Shown piece by piece: positions 29,112 through 38,273 of a stretch of DNA of 64,000 bases; position 1 is the first letter of the stretch, and the number at the start of each line of letters is the position of its first letter. This DNA comes from a virus. A program made the translations under genes and the position numbers. Location: IMG/VR virus record IMGVR_UViG_3300034418_007971, positions 7,489 through 71,488 of that record. One strand, written 5' to 3'. Under the pieces are notes generated by a model. It searched no databases. It saw nothing but the letters and a program-made list of their open reading frames with translations, and was not told the DNA's origin.

Positions 29112-31133
29112 ATGATAGAATCAGTAGACCCAAACGATAAAGGACCAAGAAAAAAGAAAGAACAACAAAGTTCATCTAAGACCCCTGTACTAGACAATTT
29201 TTCGAGGGACTTGGTGAAACTAGCTTCAGAAGGAAGACTTGACCCTGTAATTGGTAGGGACAGTGAGATTAAAAGAATCGCTCAAATTCTTTCTCGTAGG
29301 AAGAAGAATAACCCAATTATTATTGGTGAGCCAGGTTGTGGTAAAACCGCAATTGTAGAAGGTTTAGCTATGAAAATTTTTGAGGGTGATTGCCCTCAAA
29401 ATCTATGTGATAAACGACTCGTTTCTTTGGATATGACATCTATTGTTGCAGGTACTAAGTACCGTGGACAATTTGAGGAAAGACTTAAGGTAATTCTTGA
29501 TGAACTTCAAGATAATCATGATATTATTATTTTTATCGATGAAATTCACACAATTATTGGTGCAGGTAATACCTCAGGTTCTTTAGATGCATCCAACATC
29601 TTTAAACCCGCATTGGCTCGAGGTGAACTACAATGTGTAGGTGCAACCACCCTCGATGAATACCGTGAGAATATCGAGAAGGATGGTGCTTTGGAACGTA
29701 GATTTCAAAAGGTAATGGTTGACGGTTCAACTCCTGATGAGACTTTAGAAATTCTTCAGAACTTGAAGTCTCGTTATGAGGACCACCACAAGGTCGTGTA
29801 CACAGATAAGGCACTTCAGACGTGTGTAACACTTGCGGACCGTTATGTTACCGATAGGGAATTCCCTGACAAAGCAATCGATATTATGGATGAGGTTGGT
29901 GCTCGTGCACAAATCAACGTTAAACTTCCTGAAATCATCGAAGAACTTCGAGCAGAAGCCCTTGAAATTAAAGATAAGAAGATTCAGGTTGTAAAGAGTC
30001 AGAAGTACGAGGAAGCTGCTCAACTACGTGACCGAGAACGTAAGATTATCGAAAAACTTGAATATGAGAAAGAAAAGTTTGATTCAAGAAAAGATGAGGA
30101 GCGTAAAGAAATCACCGAAGAAATGATTTACGATGTAGTTTCACATATGACTAAGATTCCTTTATCTAAATTAAATGCAGACGATAAGGAGAGTCTGTTG
30201 GATTTGGAGAGTAACCTTAACTCATCTGTAATTGGTCAAGAAGCCGCGGTTAAGACGATTTCAAAAGCAATTCGTAGAAACCGTGTGGGTATTAAAGACC
30301 CAAGTCGTCCAATCGGTTCGTTTATCTTCTTGGGCTCCACAGGTATTGGTAAGACACACTTAGCCAAACAATTGGCAAAAGAAATTTTTGGTGATGAGGA
30401 TTCGTTAATCCGTGTTGACATGTCTGAATACCAAGAGAAATTCTCTATGAGTAGATTGATTGGTTCCCCTCCTGGTTATGTTGGATATGACCAAGGTGGT
30501 CAGTTGACCGAAGCAGTCAAAAACAAACCATACTCAGTAGTATTGTTTGATGAGATTGAAAAGGCAAATAAAGACATCTTCTCAATCCTCCTACAAATGA
30601 TGGATGACGGTCACCTAACAGACTCTTTCGGTAGAAAGATTAATTTCAGAAACTGTCTGATTATTATGACTTCCAATCTTGGTGTTAAGAAACTACAGGA
30701 CTTCGGTTCAGGTGTTGGATTCGACACTACAACACGAATCTCAAATAACGAAGCAATGAAGAAGGCTTTGTTGGAGAAAGAGTTGAAAAATCACTTCACT
30801 CCTGAGTTCTTGAATCGCGTAGATGAGGTAGTAATCTTCAACCCACTAAGAGAAAATGAAGTTGAGCAAATCGTAGAGATTGAATTGTCTAAACTAGACC
30901 GTAGACTCGACCGTCTCGGATATGAAGTGACCATCGACAATAAAGTTAAGAAGTTCTTATCAGAAGTAGGTTTTGATGAAAAATATGGGGCAAGACCAAT
31001 TAAACGAGCAATTCAAGAGAAAATCGAAGATTTGATTTCAGAAGAAGTTCTTAGAGGTAATATCACAGAAGGCGTACCTTGTAAACTGAAAATGAAAGGA
31101 AAAGAAGAAGTAGTTTTAGAAAAGGGGAAATAA
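29112..31133 (+). CDS. clpC: ClpC-type AAA+ unfoldase lacking the N-terminal Clp-repeat domain
   Basis: [24 protein letters not shown] middle domain ([11 protein letters not shown]), [20 protein letters not shown] ClpP-docking loop. Confidence 0.92.
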   Translation: MIESVDPNDKGPRKKKEQQSSSKTPVLDNFSRDLVKLASEGRLDPVIGRDSEIKRIAQILSRRKKNNPIIIGEPGCGKTAIVEGLAMKIFEGDCPQNLCDKRLVSLDMTSIVAGTKYRGQFEERLKVILDELQDNHDIIIFIDEIHTIIGAGNTSGSLDASNIFKPALARGELQCVGATTLDEYRENIEKDGALERRFQKVMVDGSTPDETLEILQNLKSRYEDHHKVVYTDKALQTCVTLADRYVTDREFPDKAIDIMDEVGARAQINVKLPEIIEELRAEALEIKDKKIQVVKSQKYEEAAQLRDRERKIIEKLEYEKEKFDSRKDEERKEITEEMIYDVVSHMTKIPLSKLNADDKESLLDLESNLNSSVIGQEAAVKTISKAIRRNRVGIKDPSRPIGSFIFLGSTGIGKTHLAKQLAKEIFGDEDSLIRVDMSEYQEKFSMSRLIGSPPGYVGYDQGGQLTEAVKNKPYSVVLFDEIEKANKDIFSILLQMMDDGHLTDSFGRKINFRNCLIIMTSNLGVKKLQDFGSGVGFDTTTRISNNEAMKKALLEKELKNHFTPEFLNRVDEVVIFNPLRENEVEQIVEIELSKLDRRLDRLGYEVTIDNKVKKFLSEVGFDEKYGARPIKRAIQEKIEDLISEEVLRGNITEGVPCKLKMKGKEEVVLEKGK

Positions 31134-31148
31134 TTCCCCTTTTTTTTG
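31119..31148 (+). terminator. Intrinsic terminator
   Basis: AAAGGGGAA-ATAA-TTCCCCTTT followed by a T-tract. Confidence 0.75.
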
Positions 31149-31176
31149 TTTTTACGAAAAAAGTTTTTTATATTTG
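31145..31176 (+). promoter_or_regulatory. Bacteroidota sigma-A type promoter
   Basis: TTTG-N20-TATATTTG. Confidence 0.75.
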
Positions 31177-31195
31177 TATTCAAATCAACCACAAA

Positions 31196-32266
31196 ATGAA
31201 AAACGAACAGCTCAATCGTCTTAAAGAAGTTCTCTCAGTTCCCACAAAAACCTATAAGGAAGATGGGATGGTAGACTACATTATTAGTGTTCTTGAGACG
31301 ATTGATGGAGTGACGTATTACAATGACCCAATGAACAACGTTTATGCCACTAAAGGTACGCTACCTGATGGTGAGTTTTACCCGATGTTTGTTGCTCACA
31401 CAGATACGGTTCATGAGTTGGTTGATGACATTGTTGTAGAGGAGGAAAATCTCGAAAAACCCCCCACTTTTGGTCGAACGTTTACTGAAGAACTAAACTT
31501 ATCTCTAAAGGGATATACACCACAAGGGAATCCAACGGGAATCGGTGGTGACGATAAATGTGGTGTTTTTTTGGCACTCGAACTCCTTCGCACTTTGTCA
31601 CATGTAAAGGTCGGTCTTTTCGTATCAGAAGAGACTGGGTGTCACGGCTCGAAAGAGTGTGATGTTGAGTTCCTCAAGGATGTGGGATATGCGATTCAAT
31701 TTGACGCACCTGGAAATCATTTGGTTACCGAAGTTTGTTCGGGGGTTCGTTTGTTTGAAAGTAAAGGTGATTTTATTAATCGCATTATCCCCGTCTTTGA
31801 AAACTCTATGGGTGTGTCCCCATACCTTCAATCCCATCCATACACTGATGTATCTCAAATTAAGATGAAAGGAGATTTCTCTTGTATTAATTTCTCTTGT
31901 GGGTACTACAACATGCATACCTCTTCTGAGTTTGTTGTTGTGAAGGACGTAGAGGATGCGTTTAACTTGGCTGTCGGCGTTGTTAAGGAGCTTGGTAATA
32001 CGAAGTATGAGTACACTTATGTCCGTCCTACATATGACTACTACGGTCAAGGTAACTTGTTTACTAATTACGAAGACGAAGATGATGACTACAACTACAA
32101 GGAAACTGATTGGGTTGATGGTGATAACCACTACTTTCACATCAGTGAGGACGAGATTGAGATTGAATCTAAGTCGACTGGTGATGTAATCTCTCTGAGT
32201 CTAAAGGATATGGGTGATTTGTATCTCCTTATCCGTGAACGTTTGTTGGAAAACGAGGAGTTTTAA
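31196..32266 (+). CDS. M20/M28-family metallopeptidase
   Basis: AHTDTVH, GIGGDDKCG, SEETGCHGS, QFD, GYYNMHT. Confidence 0.85.
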   Translation: MKNEQLNRLKEVLSVPTKTYKEDGMVDYIISVLETIDGVTYYNDPMNNVYATKGTLPDGEFYPMFVAHTDTVHELVDDIVVEEENLEKPPTFGRTFTEELNLSLKGYTPQGNPTGIGGDDKCGVFLALELLRTLSHVKVGLFVSEETGCHGSKECDVEFLKDVGYAIQFDAPGNHLVTEVCSGVRLFESKGDFINRIIPVFENSMGVSPYLQSHPYTDVSQIKMKGDFSCINFSCGYYNMHTSSEFVVVKDVEDAFNLAVGVVKELGNTKYEYTYVRPTYDYYGQGNLFTNYEDEDDDYNYKETDWVDGDNHYFHISEDEIEIESKSTGDVISLSLKDMGDLYLLIRERLLENEEF

Positions 32267-34104
32267 AATGGGGAAAACAGTGTGTAGTTGTTCAACAGTT
32301 TAATTATTGTTGACAACTTCGCACTACCCATTTTTTTCTCACCATCTTTGTGGACTAAAATAAAATTAATTTTAGAATTTTTTGGGTTAACTCCTTTAAA
32401 TATAATTTCTGTACCATCATCTGATGTTTTAATCGGATATGGTTTATCTAACCCAAAATTCTTAGATATATAGTTTAGTATCCTTCTATACTCACTAGCA
32501 TCTGACACCACTTCGTCATCAGATTCCATTTCCTCTAAAACATTTTCCAAAAGATTAGTCATCTCACTATCAAACATTTCACTGAACACTTCATGGTCCT
32601 GATATTCGTGGTAGATTTCTAAAATATGTTCATTAAGGTCTATATTTCTATGTATATAATTCTCTAAGACTTGTTGTATAGATAAATCTTTATGATACTC
32701 CAAGTCATCTTCATACATTTCCAATAATCTATCTACACTTATTTTGTATTGGTCAAAACAACTACTATCATCTACACTTGTTAGTCCCACATCGTCATAA
32801 AGGTTACATACATTTTCATCAATATACTTTTTTACTCCCTCATGTATGGATGTATCTTCGGCTTGTGAGTATAAGTAACTAAATTCTTCATAAAATTTAG
32901 GAAGTCTTTCTTCTATAAACTTAGCCAATATCACATCTCCATCACCATTTCTAATTATTGTATCACCATCAAAGTACTTTAATAATTCTGGCTCCATAAT
33001 CTCAACGATAGAACGTAATAAACCAACGTGTTCCTCGTTTAGGGTATATAAAGGATAACCTTCTTTCATATCATCATCAAATCTATAAGTTTCATAAAAG
33101 AAATCACCGTTTGGATTTTCATAAGCCCAATTGTAATGACTTATAACGTCTTCACCTATCTCTTCCTCCATTAACTTTAAAAAGTTTGTCAATTCATCAC
33201 TAAAATTAAGTATTACATCTTCACCATCAAAACGGTCAAAGAAATCAGAATTTAAAGATTCATACATCGATAGTTTAGGATTACCCTTAACCTTTTTTAG
33301 GGTTTCATAATCATCACCCTTTTCAGTCAATTTTTGAATTTCATCTTTAATAGGTGCAAATCTTTCTAATAAGAACGTATATCTTTCACCACCGTCTTGT
33401 TGATTATATACTTCTGGTGTACCGTTACCAAACGGTATTAAAAGCGCCATCTTCCCATAAGTCCTATCTGAGGACTTTTTATCAATTATGTAATATAACT
33501 TACCTTTTGATGTATATCTGTTAAAGTAGTCTTCGTTATCTCGTGTAGTAGTACACCATTTGGTGTTTGCTCCGTAATAACAAGATGATGTATGTGATAA
33601 TGGTCTAATAATTAAAAATCTATCATCCTCATATAACTTTTCAGATTCCTTTTTACTTTTCTCTTCTTGGTCTGAAAGAAATTGAAATTTATCGTAAAAA
33701 TTTAAAAATTTCTGTAACTCATATACAGTATCGAAAGAGTTTATATCTTTTGGACTTCTTAAAACTTTATTTTTAGAATCTTCAGAGTAAAATATCGTTT
33801 CGCTCTCATCTTCGTCCATCATTTTTTCAACTTTTTCTTTAGAGAGTCTATCGACTATACTGTGATAATTTTTAACAATTTCACTAATTTCATCTGTGGT
33901 ATGTCGTAATGACGATACCCTATTACCTATAGTTATAAACTTTTTAATCGCCCACTCAGAGTACTTCTTAGTTACACTAGGGTCATTATCTATAATTTGT
34001 TCTGCAAGTGATATAGCATCATCAGACAGACCCTCAAGTTGTGGTCTGAACTTATCTATTATACGTTCCTTTTTACCTTCTATTAATAGAGTTATAAACT
34101 TCAT
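32263..34104 (-). CDS. Large hypothetical late protein
   Basis: 613 aa; 'SCYYGANTKWCTT' motif recurrent in jumbo phages; LIE tag; late motif at 34112. Confidence 0.7.
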   Translation of the reverse strand: MKFITLLIEGKKERIIDKFRPQLEGLSDDAISLAEQIIDNDPSVTKKYSEWAIKKFITIGNRVSSLRHTTDEISEIVKNYHSIVDRLSKEKVEKMMDEDESETIFYSEDSKNKVLRSPKDINSFDTVYELQKFLNFYDKFQFLSDQEEKSKKESEKLYEDDRFLIIRPLSHTSSCYYGANTKWCTTTRDNEDYFNRYTSKGKLYYIIDKKSSDRTYGKMALLIPFGNGTPEVYNQQDGGERYTFLLERFAPIKDEIQKLTEKGDDYETLKKVKGNPKLSMYESLNSDFFDRFDGEDVILNFSDELTNFLKLMEEEIGEDVISHYNWAYENPNGDFFYETYRFDDDMKEGYPLYTLNEEHVGLLRSIVEIMEPELLKYFDGDTIIRNGDGDVILAKFIEERLPKFYEEFSYLYSQAEDTSIHEGVKKYIDENVCNLYDDVGLTSVDDSSCFDQYKISVDRLLEMYEDDLEYHKDLSIQQVLENYIHRNIDLNEHILEIYHEYQDHEVFSEMFDSEMTNLLENVLEEMESDDEVVSDASEYRRILNYISKNFGLDKPYPIKTSDDGTEIIFKGVNPKNSKINFILVHKDGEKKMGSAKLSTIIKLLNNYTLFSPF

Positions 34105-34186
34105 GTTATTTTATAAATACTTTAGTTTGGAATAACTGTGATACTTTACTATAATAGTTATATTTATATGATATAAGTTTAAAATT

Positions 34187-35482
34187 ATGAATCAATTTAG
34201 TATAAATGATGAAGAAAGAAAAAGAATTTTAAATCTTCATGAAAATGCGACAAAAAGACAGTATTTAAAAGAACAATCTAATACTATTAAATACGGTAAT
34301 TGTGTTGGTAAAGTACCTGTTAGTGACGCATCGGGGATGATACGTACTATAGAAAAGTCTGGAAATCGATACACTGCAGAATTTAGTTTAACGGCATATT
34401 TCTCAGCTACAGAATCTACTGATGAAGGTTACAGGTCCGCATTAAGTAAACTTAAAAAAAGTATTGACGCACAAATCAAAAAAAGAGGATTAGAAAATGA
34501 AGGTTTACAGTTTGCTAAAATAATTAATATATCTGATATTGAAGGAAGTGCAAGTAACTATTTAGGAGGTTCTCTTAAACCAACTAACGATAAATACGGT
34601 AAACCATTTTCTACAGAAGCATTAGAACAACCACCTTATGACAGTTTACCAGGAAAAGGTAGTCCTGACTGGGATAAAAACTTAGGATATGCGAATAGTA
34701 GATGGAGTAGTATGGTTAATTTTATTATTAATAATGGGGATTCAGTAGGATTCAAAGTTAATCCTAATGTTAAACCAGAAAACATAATATCTATCATTAG
34801 AGATACTGGTGGTTGTATCGACGAAAAAAGAGACACTAAAAATTATCCTGCAGCAGGACAATATGTTAAAGTGCAGGGCACTGTACAATTAACAAAAGGT
34901 GAAGAAGAGGAACCCGAAGAAGACATAATTAGTTGTGCCGATGGTCTTAAAATAATTATTGGTTATTTCCCAGAATCAATTAACCTCGCAGGAATTGAGT
35001 TTAAAAATTCAAGGTCCAGCCACACATGTAACTATGCTACTTATGATATATTTTTAAATGGGGTTAAAATAGGTATTTCTAATATGAATAATGATAAAGG
35101 AAATCGTCGCATTTTTGATAGTCGTGAAGCTAGTTTAGGTAAAGATGAACCGGGATATCGTGGACCAATACGTAGCGGTGCTCGTGTATATACTATTTTT
35201 GATGTTCCATCTTCAGAAATAGAAGAAATTGCTAAAAGAAGTGAGTCAGGTGAGATAACAATATCCATGCAAGGTACTGATGGTGCACTTAGAAAAAATG
35301 GTGAAATGCATGGAGACGCTCCATTAGTTTGTGCTATTGTTGAAGAAGAAGATGGAAATAATAGAGTCGTATACGGACCTAAGGAACCATTTAAAAATAA
35401 TAGTGGTTTTAACAAACCGACATTTAGAGAATTAGGTACTTTTGACCCTTGTAATGAGGTTCGAGTAATACCTAAGATTTAA
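34187..35482 (+). CDS. Hypothetical late protein (possible OmpA-like segment)
   Basis: N-terminal 'INDEERKRILNLH...YLKEQ' tag; 'EGSAS...NLGYANSR' weakly OmpA-C-like. Confidence 0.65.
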   Translation: MNQFSINDEERKRILNLHENATKRQYLKEQSNTIKYGNCVGKVPVSDASGMIRTIEKSGNRYTAEFSLTAYFSATESTDEGYRSALSKLKKSIDAQIKKRGLENEGLQFAKIINISDIEGSASNYLGGSLKPTNDKYGKPFSTEALEQPPYDSLPGKGSPDWDKNLGYANSRWSSMVNFIINNGDSVGFKVNPNVKPENIISIIRDTGGCIDEKRDTKNYPAAGQYVKVQGTVQLTKGEEEEPEEDIISCADGLKIIIGYFPESINLAGIEFKNSRSSHTCNYATYDIFLNGVKIGISNMNNDKGNRRIFDSREASLGKDEPGYRGPIRSGARVYTIFDVPSSEIEEIAKRSESGEITISMQGTDGALRKNGEMHGDAPLVCAIVEEEDGNNRVVYGPKEPFKNNSGFNKPTFRELGTFDPCNEVRVIPKI

Positions 35483-35486
35483 GTTA

Positions 35487-35615
35487 TTAATTTTCTTCTA
35501 TTATTGTATCAGGAGGTGTTGTTAATAGTCTAATATCTTTTGACACGAGTTGACCATGGTACTTATCCATTAGTCGTTCCTTTTTATCCCCAAGTAGTAA
35601 ATTTAAGAATTTCAA
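35487..35615 (-). pseudogene. Truncated paralog of the N-terminus of the 32263-34104 gene
   Basis: TTG-start 42 aa MKFLNLLLGDKKERLMDKYHGQL... versus MKFITLLIEGKKERIIDKFRPQL; similar upstream motif (TATAAGTA on + at 35627). Confidence 0.6.
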
Positions 35616-35670
35616 AAAATATTTTTTATAAGTATTTGGTTTAACGAAAAAAAATTCATATATTCATAAT

Positions 35671-36225
35671 ATGAAAAAACTACTTACTATCCCATTATTT
35701 ATAATTTTTCTAACCGCATACTCCCAAGGATTTACATTAGTAGAAACTTGTTTTGTAGAAGACCTTAATGGGAACTTAATTGAAATTGATTGTAAAGATT
35801 TGATACCAAACATCAGTAACATTGATTCTATTTGTTGGGAAATGGAGAAACGTTTTGTAAATACATTAAATGAATGGAGACGAAATCATGGAATTAGTGA
35901 ATTAGAGTACGATTATGACATGCAATCACTATTGACAGTTCCTTGGAATGAAAGTCAAGTACAATCAGGTAAGATTAGTCACGGTGAAGGTTATAACAGT
36001 TTAAGAAATAGGAGTAATAGAGTCGGTATTGGTGGTGTAGGTGAGTGTTGTGCATATAATAGTAGGTCTGATATTGGAGAAGTGTCACAATTTTTTATTC
36101 AGTATAAGAATAGTCCTTTACACTGGAAAATTTTAACTGATGAAGACTACCACTATATTGCAGTCTCAGTACTATACAACCAAGAAAAAAATCGGTATTA
36201 TTCTGTAGTAAATGTTAGGTGGTGA
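35671..36225 (+). CDS. Secreted CAP/SCP-domain protein
   Basis: Signal peptide; 'LNEWRRNHG...ISH...GEC...SPLHWKIL'. Confidence 0.75.
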   Translation: MKKLLTIPLFIIFLTAYSQGFTLVETCFVEDLNGNLIEIDCKDLIPNISNIDSICWEMEKRFVNTLNEWRRNHGISELEYDYDMQSLLTVPWNESQVQSGKISHGEGYNSLRNRSNRVGIGGVGECCAYNSRSDIGEVSQFFIQYKNSPLHWKILTDEDYHYIAVSVLYNQEKNRYYSVVNVRW

Positions 36226-36257
36226 GTTGTTTATTTAAATAAAAGTATTTATCTTTG
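36226..36257 (+). promoter_or_regulatory. Bacteroidota-type promoter for tmRNA
   Basis: GTTG-N20-TATCTTTG upstream of ssrA. Confidence 0.7.
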
Positions 36258-36276
36258 TAGTGTTCTTTGAAAATAT

Positions 36277-36665
36277 GGGGGCGTTTTTGGATTTGACTGG
36301 TACAGTCAGGCACAGAGTGCACGTAGTGAGAGGTTACCTATCACTTTAATACATGGTTACAAAACACAAACGGCGAAACTTTCGCAAAACTTCAGGCAGT
36401 CGGTTTACTCCGCACTGAAGAGGTTTACGCAGCCTAAGGCTCCGTTTACCGCGGGTCGGTCAGGACATATACCTAGGAACAGAAGTCCGTTGTTGAGGTG
36501 GAAAGGTGACTAAACCCTAAATTGAGTCACACATCTGTTGGTGGTAGAGGATGTTAAAATTCAACCACATATTTCGGATTGTTGAGAATCAATAATGACC
36601 TAAACGTGTAGTACTCTCTGTTTGGGGTATACAGGACGGGAGTTCGAGTCTCCCCGCTTCCACTA
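36277..36665 (+). ncRNA. ssrA: tmRNA
   Basis: 5' GGGGGCG...GGATTTGAC; 3' T-arm GGGAGTTCGAGTCTCCC plus CGCTTCC-A acceptor with G3:U; tag ORF 36372-36437 GETFAKLQAVGLLRTEEVYAA*; CCA not encoded (CTA). Confidence 0.92.
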
Positions 36666-36669
36666 AAAT

Positions 36670-36704
36670 AAATCCTCGATTGTTTTGGCAGTCGAGGATT
36701 TTTT
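36670..36704 (+). terminator. tmRNA terminator overlapping the next promoter
   Basis: AAATCCTCGATTG-TTTTGG-CAGTCGAGGATTT followed by T's; TTTG at 36684 plus TATATTTG at 36707. Confidence 0.8.
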
Positions 36705-36744
36705 ATTATATTTGTACTGTAATCATCACATAAACATCATCACC

Positions 36745-37332
36745 ATGACACAAGAAGAAGTAACTAAAGAAGTTGAAAACTATAACGGAACTAATAGTTT
36801 CATGAATTCGCTCAAAAAAGGACTTAAGAAATACGGTTCCCTTACTGATAACCAAACTTCTGCAGCTATTCGTGTTATTGAAGGTGCTCGTCGACATGAA
36901 CAAGCGCAAAAACGGATGAATATCACTTTGGTTGGTGATACCATTAAGATTGGTCGTAAGATTGCTTTGGGTATTAAAGAAGAGTATGGTCTTGAGTTTC
37001 ACCCTATTCTTATCGATGTGACCGCAGTTACAGGTATGACGGACCGAGCACTTCGTATTAAAGGTAAGTTGACTAAAGAAAACGGAGGTATTTGCCGTTG
37101 TTGTGCTAAAACCCTTACGGATGATATTTCTAAAGTCACCGGTATCGGCCCTATTTGTTCTAAGTATGTCGGAGTACCCCATCCCCGTAACCTCTATGAC
37201 ACTAACGAAATTGAGACCTATAAGAAGAATATGTCTGAAAAGATTGATTCAATCGGGGAGTTTGAATTTTGGATTCCAAAGAAAGCAATTGTGAAATGGA
37301 ATGGTATGGGGGGAGTGATGGTTAAGATGTAA
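36745..37332 (+). CDS. DUF6011-like Zn-binding protein
   Basis: C..C.K.LTD..S...GIGP.C motif. Start reassigned to ATG 36745, downstream of the promoter. Confidence 0.7.
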   Translation: MTQEEVTKEVENYNGTNSFMNSLKKGLKKYGSLTDNQTSAAIRVIEGARRHEQAQKRMNITLVGDTIKIGRKIALGIKEEYGLEFHPILIDVTAVTGMTDRALRIKGKLTKENGGICRCCAKTLTDDISKVTGIGPICSKYVGVPHPRNLYDTNEIETYKKNMSEKIDSIGEFEFWIPKKAIVKWNGMGGVMVKM

Positions 37333-37363
37333 GAAAAGGGGGGTAATCCCCCTTTTCCCTTTT
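37333..37363 (+). terminator. Intrinsic terminator
   Basis: GAAAAGGGGG-GTAAT-CCCCCTTTTC. Confidence 0.7.
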
Positions 37364-37403
37364 AGGTGATATTTATAGTAATAAACTGTAAAAAATATTT
37401 ATT

Positions 37404-37631
37404 ATGGGAACAGCAGAAGTTAAAAGTTTAATTAGACACGCATTGACCGCTATTGGTACTTTATTAGTACTTACAGGTCTAAACACATGGATACCTTTGG
37501 TAGACTTATTAACGGAGAATTTAGATTCAGTGGTAAACGCTATCGAAGTCCTCGTAGGTTTAGGAGTGGCGGTATTTGGATTCTTCCGGAACAAAGAAAG
37601 ATTCAAATTAGTTGAAGAGGCCCAACAGTAA
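37404..37631 (+). CDS. Two-TM membrane protein (holin-like)
   Basis: 'IRHALTAIG' followed by two TM helices; late motif at 37370. Confidence 0.6.
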   Translation: MGTAEVKSLIRHALTAIGTLLVLTGLNTWIPLVDLLTENLDSVVNAIEVLVGLGVAVFGFFRNKERFKLVEEAQQ

Positions 37632-37645
37632 AACCCCCGAAATTA

Positions 37646-37677
37646 AAACCCCCGACCAAAAATCGGGGGTTTTTTTT
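37646..37677 (+). terminator. Intrinsic terminator
   Basis: AAAACCCCCGA-CCAAAAA-TCGGGGGTTTT followed by T's. Confidence 0.8.
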
Positions 37678-37717
37678 GACATGTAAAATAAAGTGTCTTA
37701 TAATTTAAAAAAAAAGA

Positions 37718-38215
37718 ATGAACAATGTGTTAGTACTAAATGCAGACTATTCACCTCTGAATATCACTAGTCTTCAGAGAGGGTTTGTTTTAGTAGATAA
37801 GGGAAAGGCTGAGATAATAAAAAGTGGAGAAAAAGACATTATCACAACTATAGGTAATTTTGTTAGACCAGTTATTATACGGTTACTAAACTTTATACGG
37901 TATAGACCAAAAAACATTAAAGTTAATCGAAGAAGAATTTTTAAAAGAGATAAATCAACTTGTCAGTACTGTGGGTCTAAAAAACACTTGACTATCGACC
38001 ACGTTATGCCTCGTTCTCGTGGTGGTGGTAATACATGGACAAATTTGGTTACATGTTGTTCAGGATGTAATGTTTATAAGGGTAATAAAACTCCAAAAGA
38101 GGCTGGTATGAAGTTAATTAATAGACCTTATGAGCCCTCTATTTTCTCTTCTGTTTTTTATGAAGAAGCTGAAGATATTTGGAACGATTTTAAGTTATCG
38201 TTTAAATCTTATTAA
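37718..38215 (+). CDS. HNH endonuclease (McrA-like)
   Basis: VLVLNADY; RD..TCQYCG....TIDHVMPRSRGG..TW.NLV.CC..CN..KG.KTP. Confidence 0.9.
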   Translation: MNNVLVLNADYSPLNITSLQRGFVLVDKGKAEIIKSGEKDIITTIGNFVRPVIIRLLNFIRYRPKNIKVNRRRIFKRDKSTCQYCGSKKHLTIDHVMPRSRGGGNTWTNLVTCCSGCNVYKGNKTPKEAGMKLINRPYEPSIFSSVFYEEAEDIWNDFKLSFKSY

Positions 38216-38273
38216 CCATTTTTAACTATTTATAGGTAGTAGTTCTTCAATAAACAAGTAAACCTATAAATGT

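Noticed and set aside
37718-38215. HNH as an intron/intein-borne homing element
   Set aside because: Free-standing with its own promoter region; no interrupted gene flanks it; terminase, portal and MCP appear uninterrupted.
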